Below are positions 24,474-38,370 of a DNA stretch of 64,000 bases, in pieces (position 1 is the first letter of the stretch; every line of letters starts with the position of its first letter). The stretch comes from Felis catus (taxonomy: Eukaryota), in contig NC_058383.1 in the NCBI RefSeq assembly GCF_018350175.1, positions 39,494,001 to 39,558,000 on the forward strand, written 5' to 3'. Position numbers and translations under genes: made by a program. The notes beneath the pieces are model-generated. The model saw only the letters and a list, made by a program, of their open reading frames with translations, was not told the DNA's origin and made no database searches.

Positions 24474-25048
24474 CTCCCGCCAGCATGGGCAGGAGCCGCC
24501 ACACCCGTGAGCCTCCTTCCTCCTTCCTGGCTGCCGTGCAGCCGGGTGAGGCCCTGGTGAGGCCGCCTGCTCGGCCCCTCAGCTGGCCAGCCCGCCAGGG
24601 GTCACCAGGAAGGCCCACCCTGCCCCGTCAGCACACCGTCACATAGGAGTCCATCCCGTTTCCTCCTGGGAGCCGGGCGAAGGCCTTGGTGGCGGGCTGC
24701 TTTTGGTTTGTTTTCATGCTTTTGGAGGTTGTGAGGGGAGGGAAGGGCTGGGAGGCCGTAGCCTGTCCGTGCTGTCCGAGCTGGTGGCAACAGTGGCCCT
24801 CTCCAGGCGCCCCCCCCAGCCAGAGGGCTGCGGCGCTGCGGCCCCCAAGCCAGAAGCTGTGGGTCCACCCGTGCTGGAGTCAGATGTTGAGCGTGTTGTG
24901 TAAACAGTTGGCTGTTTCGTGATTCAAGAACGTTCAGGATTAAAAGCAGACGCGAAATTGTGCTACTTGAAGTTGTATCTTTTTATGAGACAAGCTGAAT
25001 CTGGGATCTCTAATTGCCTCTGACCTTTTATAAGACCGTGTATCTTCA

Positions 25049-25054
25049 AATAAA
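25049..25054 (+). terminator. ZNF598 poly(A) signal AATAAA
   Basis: First AATAAA after the stop codon, in an AT-rich 3' UTR end. Confidence 0.75.
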
Positions 25055-26039
25055 TTTATTTTGCAATAACGCACATAGCCTGTGTTCTGAGCTTCTCTGT
25101 CCTCCCAGACCACCCCGCAGCTGGGGGGCTCAGAGCTGTCAGCCAGGGAGCAACTGGGTGGGGGTGGGGACGACCCGTGCGCGGAGCTGGGGCGGCTGGG
25201 CTGTGCTCCCAGGAAGCAGCAACCAGCCAGTGCCCTGTCCTGGACGTCTGGCACCGCCCAGGAATACACCAGGACATGTCTGACCTATAGTCAAGTAGCC
25301 AGTAAAACCATCCTTCCAGAACATGGGAGTCCTACAGAGCCAAGGTTTGCACCTGCAGACTGGTCAGGAGCTACTGAGGTAAACCGCAAAAGCACATCAG
25401 AAGAGAGTGTGTCTGAAATTCTGCGAAAAAATAATTTGTGAATTATTCAGATCTAGTATCTCAGAAGGGGACCAGAGAAATCTCCCCTTTCTGCCCTAAA
25501 CCACATAAACAGTAGTTCTAAACACACAACCACATCCAAATAAAGAAAAGGAAGTGTCCTTACATGAGAAAACTTGGAGATCACGACCTGAGCTGAAGTT
25601 GGACGCTTAACCAAATGAGCCACCCAAGTGCCCCCAGAGATGTCTTTCTAAATGAGGAAGGGGGTACCCACGATGATGAGGGGCCAGGCCAGGACCCCAC
25701 AACTGCACTGGTACCACCTGTGTGGACGCTGTGGTGGTACCTGGGCCTGGGCGGTGCTGCCTGCCTGTGGTTGGGACCAGAGCAGGGCCCATGGGTGATG
25801 GCCGTGCTCGGGTCCCAGCAGCGGAGAGAGCCTTCACCCTCTTTACCCTCCACTGGGCTGCGTAGAGGCCACCTGCCTTCCCTAGGACCCACCGGAAGCC
25901 CCTCACAGCTGATGCCTTCTTTGCAGGCCTGAGTAAAACCAGCCCCACAGAAGAGTAATCTGGATAATAAGGCATCTTGTTAACAGTATCTAAAATAAGC
26001 TACTCTTAATGAAGCAAGAACCATACTAATATTAGGCAA

Positions 26040-26265
26040 CACTTAAGTGATGCCTGCCGTGTGACAAGCCCTGCTCTGGGCTCTGCATATGCCTTAGCAT
26101 GACCCCCAGCCCGCTCCTGGGACCAGAATTATTATCCCCTCTTACAGAAGGGGAGGCTGAGGCACAGACGAGCTGAGAGACTTACCTGAGACAGCCCTGC
26201 TCAGATGTGGCCAAGCTGGCATTCCAGCCCCAGAGACAGTTCTCAAGGCCATTTCTCTCAACCAG
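26040..26265. mobile_element. MIR-like ancient SINE
   Basis: attatcccctcttacagaaggggaggctgaggcacagacgagctgagagacttacctgag resembles the MIR core. Confidence 0.55.
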
Positions 26266-26299
26266 AAGGTTATCAAACAATTAGAAATCTAAGAAATGA

Positions 26300-26464
26300 G
26301 GGGCACCTGGGTGGCTGAGTCGGTGAAGCGTCAGACCTTCGGCTCAGGTCATGATCTCACGGTTCATGGGTTCGAGCTCTGCGTGGGGCTCTGTGCTGAC
26401 AACTCGGAGCCTGGAGCCTGCTTCAGATTCTGTGTCTCCCTCTCTCTGCCCCTCCCCCCTCATG

Positions 26465-26508
<44 letters not shown>

Positions 26509-26551
26509 GTCAAAAATAAATAAACATTAAAAAACAATTAAAAAAAAAAAA
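26300..26551 (+). mobile_element. CAN-SINE with an expanded (CT)n tract
   Basis: gggcacctgggtggctgagtcggtgaagcg head, long (CT) run at about 26469-26503, A tail. Confidence 0.92.
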
Positions 26552-27270
26552 AGCAAACAAGACCAAGCTGGGAAAATCTCCAGAGATGGAATTAGCTGGC
26601 CATGGGATGTGGCTCTGGAAGCTGCACGGAGCACCTGGTGGGGTCCCAGGAACGGAAGGCAGACATGTAGAGAAGGGGACAGGCAGAGAAGTAATGACTG
26701 CTTTTCTTAGCATTGAAGAAAGATAGAAAGCTTAATAAGCACTGGGGTGCACCTGAATGGCTCTGTTGGTAGATCACGTGACTCCATCTCGGGTCGTGAG
26801 TTCCAACCCCACGTTGGAGTTGTGTGGAGATCAATAAATGGTTGTTTAAAAAAACACACACACATAACACAAGTACTAAACAGGATACTTCTTTAGAAAG
26901 CCACATCTCAACATAATACAACTTATAATACATTTTACCAAAAAGGAAACACAGATAACCCACAAAGGATAATCATCCTTGTCTGTCTCTCTCAAATATA
27001 AACGTTAAAAAAACAAACAACAACAACAACAAAAAACCAGTTTAGATTAAAAAGAGAGAGAGAGAGAGAGGGGTCTCCTGCTTTGAGCCACCCAGAGGGA
27101 TGTGTGGTGGGGGCTTCAGGGACCCCCAGAAAGTGGGCATCAGCCTGACCTCCCCTTGCTGCTTCTTCCTGGATTCTGGGTGCTGATGGGGCAGATCCCA
27201 ACCTCTGGCACCCGCAGGGGCAGGGGTAGAAATGACTCGGAGACTGTGCCGAGGAAACTCACTTACAGTC

Positions 27271-27276
27271 TTTATT
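27271..27276 (-). terminator. SYNGR3 poly(A) signal AATAAA
   Basis: tttatt on +, at the end of an AT-richer distal 3' UTR about 1.2 kb after the stop. Confidence 0.7.
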
Positions 27277-28496
27277 GTAAAGAAGTTGCAGTTGAAACAT
27301 GGGGACACTGAAAATACACCATCAGGGATTGTTCTTTGGGAAGAGGGAGAGAAAGATCCATAGATACAAAAATTGTAAACATGTTCACTTAAATACCCAC
27401 ACATAATTGGTCTATGCTACAACGTACAGGGCTGTCACTCAACTGCAACTCCAGAGGGAGGCGTCTGTCTGTAAGAATGAAATGTGGCAGCCGCATTTGG
27501 TATTGACATAATGTAAAAAGCCGGCTTCGAGCAATGCATGAGTCGTCAGCTACGCAGAGGGCCCCCGACCTTGGGCTGTGCCTTACCACGGGGGTGCAGG
27601 GCAGTTTGCTGAGGGGATGGTCCGGGAAGCCAAGGTAAAGGGGTTTGCACAGATCGGCCGTGTCCGGGGCACTGTGGGCATGGGGAGCCTCTGGGCCTCC
27701 CTCCTTGTGAGGGGCTTGTGTCTCCAGGCACCCAGGCGTCCCAAGCCTCGCTTAGGCAAGGTCTTACTGAAGGGGTTGGGAGAGGGCAGGTGGCCAGGCC
27801 TAGAGCCGTGTTGTGCCTTCCTAGCCCAGAATGCCCACATGTGGGCAGGCTCCCGGGCCAAGGCAGGTGGGGATGGGAGCAGGGGCCACAGACAGTGAGG
27901 CTGCTTGCGGGGAACTAGGAGGTGAAGCCCGAGGACTTGACCACAATCACAACATCAACAGGACCAGGCTACTCTAGTGAGCCTGTGAGGGCAAGTGGGT
28001 GGAGACTCCAGACAGAGCGCACGCACAGCCCCATGGGGTGAGCCACCACAACAGGAGCAGGGACCGTCACTACCCTCAGGGACATGGGATGGGAACAGCG
28101 CCCATGTCTGAGGGGCAGCCCCTGCACCTAGCTGTGGACAGCTAGACCCCTGACCCCAGAGTGGACAGGTGAGCCGGGGGCTAGCTGACTCAGGAGAGGA
28201 ATGGCCCCCTCCCAGGCTGATTCACCAGAGGTTGGAGGACACACGTCCAAGACCGCACTGTCCCCTCCTCAGGACCTTGGGCCTGGGGCCAGCGCCTAAG
28301 GGGACAGGGGGAACCTGGGGGGGGGGGCAGCCTAGGCACCCTGGGGGCTACCCACTCTTGGCTCCAGATGGCCCACAGTGGCCACCCCCTCTGTCCCTGG
28401 CGCTGGGCCAGGAGGACCTGAGGGAGGTCCCAGGACGCCCTGGACCCTGCCTGCCTTGGTGGCAGCCTCCGAGCCCTGGTGGGGGCCTGCCGGCCA

Positions 28497-31400
28497 CTAG
28501 TAGGCAGGCACCTGGTACCCTTTGGGGCTGGTGTCCAGGGTCTCGGTGAAGGGAGGGCTCTGGTAGGTCTCGGTGCCCTCCACGCCGCTGCCCACCGGGT
28601 AGCCAGGATAGGCCTGACCCGCCCCGGCGCCCAGCTGTTCGGTGGCAAAGAGCGACATGTCCGTGCCCAGGCGGAACCGCTGCAGGGCCTTCACAGTGAG
28701 CGCCACCTGAGGGGGAGCCCGGGGTCAGCCAGCACCGACCCCGCCCCGCCCCGGCCCCGGCCCGGCCCCCGCCGGCCGCACTCACCCAGCTGAGGATGGA
28801 GAAGAAGCTGAAGGCGATGGCGGCCCGCGCCGCGTCTCCCGCCTGCAGCGTGCCGGGCCCGGGCGCCGTGCGCTGCCACTGGTTGGTGAGGAAGCAGAAG
28901 CCCACGAACCACAGGAAGGACCAGAGCCCTGCGGGCAGGCGCGCGAGTCACGGGGAGGCCGGCGCGGGAGGCCCCGCCCACCGCCGGCAAGCCCCGCCCC
29001 GGACGAAGCCCCGCCCCGCGGTCCCGCCCACCTGAGAAGCCCAGGTCCAGCAGCACCGCGCGGCGGCGGTCGCGGACGCTGCTGATCTGCTGAAAGCGCA
29101 CGTCGAGCAGCAGGAAGGCGGCGCAGGCAAGGAAGGCCCCCNNNNNNNNNNNNNNNNNNNNNNNNNNNNNNNNNNNNNNNNNNNNNNNNNNNNNNNNNNN
29201 NNNNNNNNNNNNNNNNNNNNNNNNNNNNNNNNNNNNNNNNNNNNNNNNNNNNNNNNNNNNNNNNNNNNNNNNNNNNNNNNNGGAGGGAGGGGGCAGGGGC
29301 ACTCAGGGCCCTGCGGTGGCGCCCCCTTCCCAGCCGAGGCGGATGTCCCCGTCACCCACCGCGACTGCTCACTCCCTCGGGCCTGTCCCTACCTCTCCCT
29401 GCAGCACAGGGCCCATCTGTGGATGGGATCTTCGGGCACCCTTCCCTTAATACCCCCCTCACGTATTTAAAAATTTTGGACATTGGAGCGCCTGGGTGGC
29501 TCAGTCGGTTAAACCTCCGACCTCAGCTCAGGTCACGATCCCACAGTTCATGGGTTCAAGCCCCGCCTCGGGCTGTGTGCTGACAGCTAAGCGCCTGGAG
29601 CCTGCTTCAGATTCTGTGTCTCCCTCTCTCTTTTCCCCTCCCCACTCCCACTCTCTCTCTCAAAATAAAAACATTTTTAGAAATTATGGACATGTACCAT
29701 TTAGTGAGCATCTACTATGCTCAGGCACTATGCTTAAAACCACGACTTTACATGGATTCCTCATAGAATCCTCCCTGCAAACCACAAGGGGGCCATTGTT
29801 CTTATCCCCTTTATAGATGGGAAAATTGGGGCTCCAATTAGTGAAGTCACTTGGCTGATAAAAGATGGGGCTGACGTTCAAACTGGGTCATCAGCACCGC
29901 AGGGCCCCTACACTCCAGACTGTAGGAACAGGAGCCTTCACCTGGATCAGTGATTCCCAGGCTCCAGCGGGTGGCGCTGTGGGAAGCAGGTGTGAAGAGA
30001 GGGGCCAGACCACACAGGGAAGCCGCGGAGGGACAGTTGCACAGCTGACACCCAGGCCCTGCCTAGAACCCACCCTCAGCATCCGGGAGCTGTGTGGCCC
30101 TGCTTCTTAACATGCCAAATACAGTAACAGGTGCAGCTCATGGAGTATTGGGACCAGAGAAATAATGCCCACCTGCCGTGCTGCACTTGGTGGGCACCCA
30201 AGGGATGACAGCCCCATGTGACTGATTATTGGCACCATAAGTGTTCCAGCTCAAAAGGCGATACTATTAACCTTCAGGGTTCAGGCAAACCACAGCATCC
30301 CGTGCCCACAAAGGCTGGAAGGCAGGTGGCAGCGGACCATAGTCATTTTACTTTATTTATTTATTTATTTATTTATTTATTATTATTATTATTATTTTTT
30401 AAGGTAGGCTCCACAGCCAATGTGGGGCTTGAACTCACGACCCTGAGTCACATGCTCTACCGACTGAGCCAGCCAGGCACCCCTGGACCACAGTCATTTT
30501 AAACCTGATGCTGCTGTTTTAGCTCCGGGCAGCGCTGTGTTTCTAAAAACAGACCTTCAGTTTCAACTTCATTTCTCTCCTTTCCTTCGCCAGCTCCTTG
30601 AGATGAAGTCCGGAGGGAAACCCAGGTGTGGGGTATGGATATGTGCCCCCAGGGTGGTCCACAAGTCGCACCAGAGCTGGCACTAGGATACAGGGGTCGT
30701 ATCCTGGTCTGCCCCAAATCAGCCCACTCTGGGCATCGCTCTCCTTGAAGACAAGCGGGCAGGTGCAGCTGGCACCAAGTGCCAGCGGCTACACAAAACC
30801 CATATAATCACCCCACCTCTCCATCTTTCCTGCCTGGAGGCGTTCGAGGGGGAAGCAGGACGCCCCCTCTAGGGATGCCCCACTGGGCGAGGCTGTGCCC
30901 AAATCTGCCTCTCCCACACCACCCCCAGGAAGTCCTTCTAGTGCAGAGCCCCTTCTTGCTGCCCCACCCAGAGGGATCCCAGAGCACCCCCACACTCGCA
31001 ATTGCAACTGGGGGGCCTGGGAAAGGGCCAGTTCCCTTCGAAGGAGGGTGGAGGATGTGTGTGGGGGAGAAGCGGGCGGAAGCTCTGCCTGATACACTTG
31101 GCTCCCACAGCCCCCTCCTCGTGCTGAGATGGAGCGCTCGAGCCCAATCCCGTCCCCGCCCCTGTGCCCGCTTCCAGGTCGTGAGAACAAGAAAAACGGA
31201 GCGAGGGCTAAGGTAGGGGACAGAGTTAGACCTAAGGAGGAATTGGAGGATAGGGGCGGCGGGCGGTGACCTCTCAAGGTCCCCGGCGGTTGCCGCCGGC
31301 CCCTCCCCCTCCCGCAGGTGGGCGCGCCCAGCCCGGTGACGTCACCCCAACCTGCGGCCGGCGGGGGAGGGGCCCGCGGGGACAAGGATGGGGGCGAGGG

Positions 31401-31576
31401 GCTAGGGGCAGCGGGAAACGACGAGGGATGCGAGGCGAGGCGAGGCGGGATCGGGGACCGGGGCGGGGGCCACTCACCCAGGACACGACCCGCAGTAGGG
31501 TCTGGGGCCGCCGGGCGAAGCTCACGGGGTCCAGGGCGGCCCCCGCGCGGCCCGCGCCGAACGAGGCTCCCTCCAT
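28497..31576 (-). CDS. SYNGR3: Synaptogyrin-3 (MARVEL domain), about 229 aa, 4 exons; exon 2 partly in a gap
   Basis: Exon 1 31576-31478 (MEGASFGAGRAGAALDPVSFARRPQTLLRVVSW); exon 2 visible 29141-29032 (GAFLACAAFLLLDVRFQQISSVRDRRRAVLLDLGFS); exon 3 28928-28786; exon 4 28706-28497 (...SPKGYQVPAY*). GT-AG at all visible junctions. Confidence 0.95.
29142..29281. other. Assembly gap (140 N) covering the 5' part of SYNGR3 exon 2
   Basis: Run of Ns. Confidence 1.
29486..29677 (+). mobile_element. CAN-SINE in SYNGR3 intron 1
   Basis: gagcgcctgggtggctcagtcggttaa head and A tail. Confidence 0.88.
29690..29890. mobile_element. MIR-like ancient SINE
   Basis: cttatcccctttatagatgggaaaattggggctccaattagtgaagtcacttggc resembles the MIR core. 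Confidence 0.55.
30345..30483 (-). mobile_element. Older CAN-SINE with a (TTTA)n/(TTA)n tail
   Basis: cttgaactcacgaccctgagtcacatgctctaccgactgagccagccaggcacccc. Confidence 0.8.
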
Positions 31577-34320
31577 GGCTGGCCCAGGAGGGACGTGCGC
31601 CCCCGGCGCCCTCTGTCTGTCTGTCCGTCCAGCCGGCCCCGCCCGAGGCCGCCCGGGTGTGCTGCCGATGCTGCTGGCGCTGCCGCTGCTGCCGCCGCCT
31701 CCCGGGAGCGCGCGCCGGCCGCGGCGGGGGCGCGCGGGGCGGGGCCGAGCCGGTGCCCCCCGCCAACTGGTCCGCGCGCCGGGCTGGAGCCCGCCCCTCC
31801 CTCCGCCCCGCCCACCGACCCACCCCCTACCTTCACCTGCTAGACCCCGTTCTGAGATGCAGACCGCCCGCCGAGCCCGCGTCTGGAGCAGGGGCTAGGG
31901 GTCCGAGCCGCCCCTCACGGGTGAAGTCGGGAGTCAGCAGAGGAGGGAGACGCTGGGCTCAGCCTTTCCCGCAGCCAGGCGAAGGGACAGACGAACCTGA
32001 CCCCGCCCCTCTGAGCTGAGCTCTTTGGCGAGCGAAGGGTAACCCGCTAGGGCTCCAGCGTCTTCCCCAGCCAGCCCTCAGGGAAGGGGAACCCGACTCC
32101 CCGTCTCTGGTTCCCCGCAGACCAGAGAGAAATTACTGGGCCCTTCCTATGAACCCACACAGTTGCACCCTAGCTTCTCCTTCGTAAGGTCCTAACCTCC
32201 CTGACAGGGAGAGAGAACGGCCTCTGCCGCGCAGAGGCACTTATCCAGGAGGACAGAGCCCACAGGCCAGCATGGGTGGGGCTTGGGGGACATTTCTGCT
32301 CCTTTTCGGTGGCTGGAGGCTGTCATTCCAAGGGTCCCCAGTGAGCCCATCACACTCCTGGGTCTCCCCAACCACTTGAGGCTGACATGTTTAGTTTGGG
32401 GCCACAGGGTGGGAAGAAACATGAGATGGGGAGTTTGGACAGGCTGGGGTCCCCGCCGGGTCTCCTGTGCGGACCCCTGAGCCCAAGTTAGACAGGGTCC
32501 CCTCCTCCCGTTTTTCTTGGCCAGCCTGGCAGGGTCCAGGACAACTGCTGTGTTTGTGGCTTGGGCATCGACAGGAAACGTTGGCATTTCTGGATCATTT
32601 ACAGTGCCAGGTGTGGCACCACAATGGTGGGAGGCAGGGACTATCAGAGCCCCCCCCCCCCCACTTTTCAGATCACACACAGGCAGCTGGTTGAGTTCCC
32701 TCATCACATCAGAAAGCGACTGGTGCTCAGAGGGTCCTTGCTGCGCTGTCTGTGTGCACAGTGATGCCTGGTCCCATCCCAGTGTGGAAGCCATCCCAGG
32801 GCAGGCATGGCCAGAAGTGTCGCCGGTGAGACTCGTGGTCCATTCCACTGTGCATCTGGTCGGTCACCCTCATCTGTCAGTAACAGCTCCTGGTCTGTCC
32901 TGAGCACCATCTGTTTGCCCCTTTTGTGTGCATTTGCATCAGCATCCCAACAGGCTGCTTTCTTGGGCCTGAAAGGCAAACCTCTACTCCTGACCCCCTT
33001 CCTGTCCGGATGCCCCCTGGTATTGCTCCCTTTAGTCCCAGGGACAATTCAGACGTCTCCACCCCATGCTTCCAGGTGTCGCCCTCTCCTCACGTTCCTA
33101 TTTCGTGAGCCCTTTCTCATCACCCTTTTGGGGTTCTCTCCTCTTGTCCAACCTATGACCTCCTGTGACCTTTGAACCTTGGGGGTCCCAGGGCATGGTC
33201 CTGGGGCTTTTCTCCTCCCTCTCCACTCACTCCCTTGGTCTGTGTGCTGTGACAGCTCGAGCCAGAACCTCCCCTTGAACTATAGTCCCACTTGCCTTCG
33301 CCTGGATTTGGGGACGGGGGGAGCCTCCAGGAAGCCAGAGTTATGGGAAAAGGGAACATCCAGGCGGTGTGTTCCTGAGCCAACCACAGCATCCCTAGAG
33401 AGGCCAGCCAGTTCCCCAACTAGCAGGTGACTTGGGAGGCTAGAAATAAGCCACGTGCAGGGAAAAGTCCACCCAGAGGAGGAAAGCGGCGCGACTTCTC
33501 TGCCGGCTGCTCCCTGCCTCCGATTCCTTTGCACCGCTGTCCTCTCTGGGGAGGCCCTGCCGAAGCCAGCACCCCTGTGGTGCTGGTTGGGGGAAGACGC
33601 TGAGGAAGCCATGCCAAAGGCTCTGCTTCTGCCATGCCTCTGCCAAGATGCCATGAGCACAGAGATGACCAGGGCATTAGGACCCCAGGGATGGGGCTGC
33701 TTGTTACTGGTCCATTCCGGCTGGGGGCCACGCCTGGGAGCGGATCTGGGAAGATGCCCCAAGCCTGCTCCACTGATACCCAGAGAAACTTCATCCTCCC
33801 AGCTGCTGGGGCCCAAACCCCACGGTCCACTCTGGCTCCTTTCTCTTGGCTCTACTGCTACCCTGAGGCAAGCCTGCCTCTCCGCGGTCACATGCCTGCC
33901 CTCCCTGCTCTCACCCACACCTGCCTCAGCCCAGATCCGCAGCCAGAGGAACCTTTGGGAACTCATCTTGCCATTCCCTGGCTCCAAATCCTCTGAGACT
34001 TCCCCGGCTCCAAATCCTCTGAGACCTCCCCATCACAGGAGGTAGGTGGGTGTTGAAACAAAGTCCTTGCCGGGACCTTGAAGATTCAGTGCCGTCTGAC
34101 CTCCCACTCACCTCTGACCTGCCCTCAGCTCCAGCACTCGGCTTCCGTGCTGTTCCTGGGGCTTCCTGGGCTGCTCTTGCCCTGGGACCTTGCCCTCCTC
34201 TGAGCAGAACTTGCACAGAAGGAAGCAGCTGCTCAGGGCGGCGCGGACAGGCCCTGTCCCTCGCCGCAAGTCCCAGCACAGAACACACCGAAGCCAGGCC
34301 CTTGGTCACCTCTCCATCAT

Positions 34321-34326
34321 TTTATT
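34321..34326 (-). terminator. GFER distal poly(A) signal AATAAA
   Basis: tttatt on +. Confidence 0.55.
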
Positions 34327-34868
34327 TTGGTCTCAAGCTGAGGCTGGCCCCACACGCCTGCGTCAGGCCTGGTACAGGTAAGTGCTGGACAGGAGGCAGG
34401 CAGCAGCACTAGTGGAGCCTCAGAAAAGCCTGCCTGTGCTCTCCCCGCAGGGACCGAGCAGGGGCGGGGGGCGGGGGGGGGGGCCTCAGCCCCCAGGCCT
34501 CTTTTCCCGAATTACTGTCAGCACTCAGCCTACGGAGCTGCGGTCACTGCAGCAGTCTCTAGCTACACAGTGGGGATTCCGTGGCCCAGCCTCGAGGAGC
34601 AGGACAGGGAGCCCAGGCAGGCCCTTCACTTTCTCGTGCAGGGAAGTGGGCCCCAGGGCGTGGAGGCTGCATTCTGAATGGAAGGCACAGCCTGGACTGC
34701 TCCTGCCTCCTTCACCTGCAGCCCCCCGGGCCTCGGCCGAGGAGGAGCCAGCAGGGCGTCTGCGGCAGGCACCTCCACTTGTACCCCAGACCTAAGAGGG
34801 AAAGGGCCCCAAGAGCAGTGTCTGGGGACCACCCAACTGAGACACGGCAGGCTGTGGCTCCGATGCAC

Positions 34869-34874
34869 TTTAAT
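34869..34874 (-). terminator. GFER proximal poly(A) signal ATTAAA
   Basis: tttaat on +, about 75 nt after the stop. Confidence 0.55.
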
Positions 34875-34947
34875 GAGTGCCCCGCCCCTCTCTGGCCAGG
34901 CTGCCCGCAGGCCCAGGCTGCTGTCCCACGGCTCTGCCGGCCACCGT

Positions 34948-36836
<1,889 letters not shown>

Positions 36837-37699
36837 ATTGCCCGCGCAATGCCTGCCGGGCCAGCTCGGCCTCCAGATGGGCCTCCAAGACGGCCGCCAG
36901 GCCAGCGCGCGCGCCGCCGCCAGGGCGCGGCCACAGGACCCGGGCGCGCGCGCGGCGGGCGCAGGCTCGGGTTCGGCCGCGGGCTGGGAGGACGGGCTCG
37001 AGCTGGGGCTGGGGCTGGGGCTGGAGCTGGGGGCGGGGGCGGGGGCGGGGCCCGGGCCCGGGGCGGGGTCCGGCAGGGAGGTAGGGCTGTGGGCCGAGGA
37101 CCGCGCTCGAGAGGCTGCAGAGCCCGAGGCTTGGGTCCGGGTCGGCGTGGGCGAAGGGCCAGCAGCCCGGGTCCTGGCCGCGTCGCTGGGCCTCGACCCG
37201 CGTCCCGAGCCCGGCTTGCGTCGTCCGTGGCGGCGCTCCCGCTTCCTCCAGTAGAAGAGCAGCGTGTTGTGGAAAACGCGTCGCGGCCGCGCGCTGGACT
37301 CAGGCTGCTGCGATCGAGGCGAAGTCCGTGTTCCGGCCCGTGACGCCCCCATCGCTCTGCTCTGACCGCCCCGCGTGCCCGCGGCCAGGCTCTGTGCCCT
37401 CAGCCGGGGCGCGCCCAGCGGCGGGAGGCGCGGCGCCATGGCAACGAGGGACGGTGCAGTGAGCGCACAGAGAACCGCGCGCGCTAGGGCCTGGGTCCCG
37501 CGGATCCCTCCGAGCGACCGGCGCCAAGACAACGGGCGCCTCGCAACGCGGGGCGGGGCTGTGCCTGCAAAGAAGGCGGTGCGCGGCTCTGGGCTCCTCC
37601 CGGCCGGGAGTAGCCCGGATCCTACAGCCTGCCCGAAGGGGTTATTTCCACCTGGGGAGTCCTCTCAGCTTCTATACCTACTTTCATTCATTATGCAAA

Positions 37700-37990
37700 T
37701 ATTTGTGTAGTGCCTAATCTGTTCCAAGCCCTGGTCTAGGCGCTGGTCAGGGTGGGCACAAGATCCGTCCCTGACCTCCTCAGCTCCTTGTCCAGGGGTC
37801 AAGACGGAAAAAGTAAAAACAAAACAAAAAAGGAGTCACACTAACAAATGTTCACTTACAAATTATGGGGACCATGAACAGGGCGTGGTAAGTCAAGGAG
37901 GCCTCATTGAGGAGGTGCCCCTTAGGCAGGGGCCTGAAGGATGAGGAATCTGCTAAGGAGGGCAGTCAAGGCCAAGGCTGGAGATGAGAG
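37700..37990. mobile_element. L2-like ancient LINE fragment
   Basis: aaatatttgtgtagtgcctaatctgttccaagccctggtctaggcgctgg pattern typical of L2 3' ends. Confidence 0.45.
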
Positions 37991-38189
37991 GGTATTGGCC
38001 TCTCACATGAGCAAAAAGTGGGTGGGACAGGACCTGGGGAAGGTGGTGGGAGGAGAGACTCAAAGATAGGCAGGAGCACGGGAGGGCCTCATCCACTGCC
38101 CTCTGAGCTGGGGATTTATTTTAAGGACCATAGGAAGGTGCTGGACAATTTGGGGCAGGGCTACCCCGACCTGATCCCATTTCTGCGTT

Positions 38190-38369
38190 GGTTTGTTTCT
38201 AATTTGAAAAAGAGAGCAAGGGAGAGGCAGTGGGGGGTGGGGAAGAATCCCAAGCAGGCTCCTCGCTCAGTGCGGAGGCCGAAGCGCGACTTGACCTCAC
38301 AATCCTGGTATCATGACCTGAGCCAAAATCAAGAGTCGGACGGTCAATGGCGATCCACTCAGGCGCCCC
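38190..38369 (-). mobile_element. Older CAN-SINE whose head abuts the solo LTR
   Basis: Head ggcgcccc at 38362-38369. Its target duplication cccatttct is at 38176-38184 and again at 38855-38863, beyond the LTR. Confidence 0.8.
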
Positions 38370-38370
38370 C

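Noticed and set aside
33980-34031. 26-bp tandem duplication (ggctccaaatcctctgagac(t/c)tcccc)x2
   Set aside because: Real, but an ordinary local slippage duplication in non-coding DNA with no motif.
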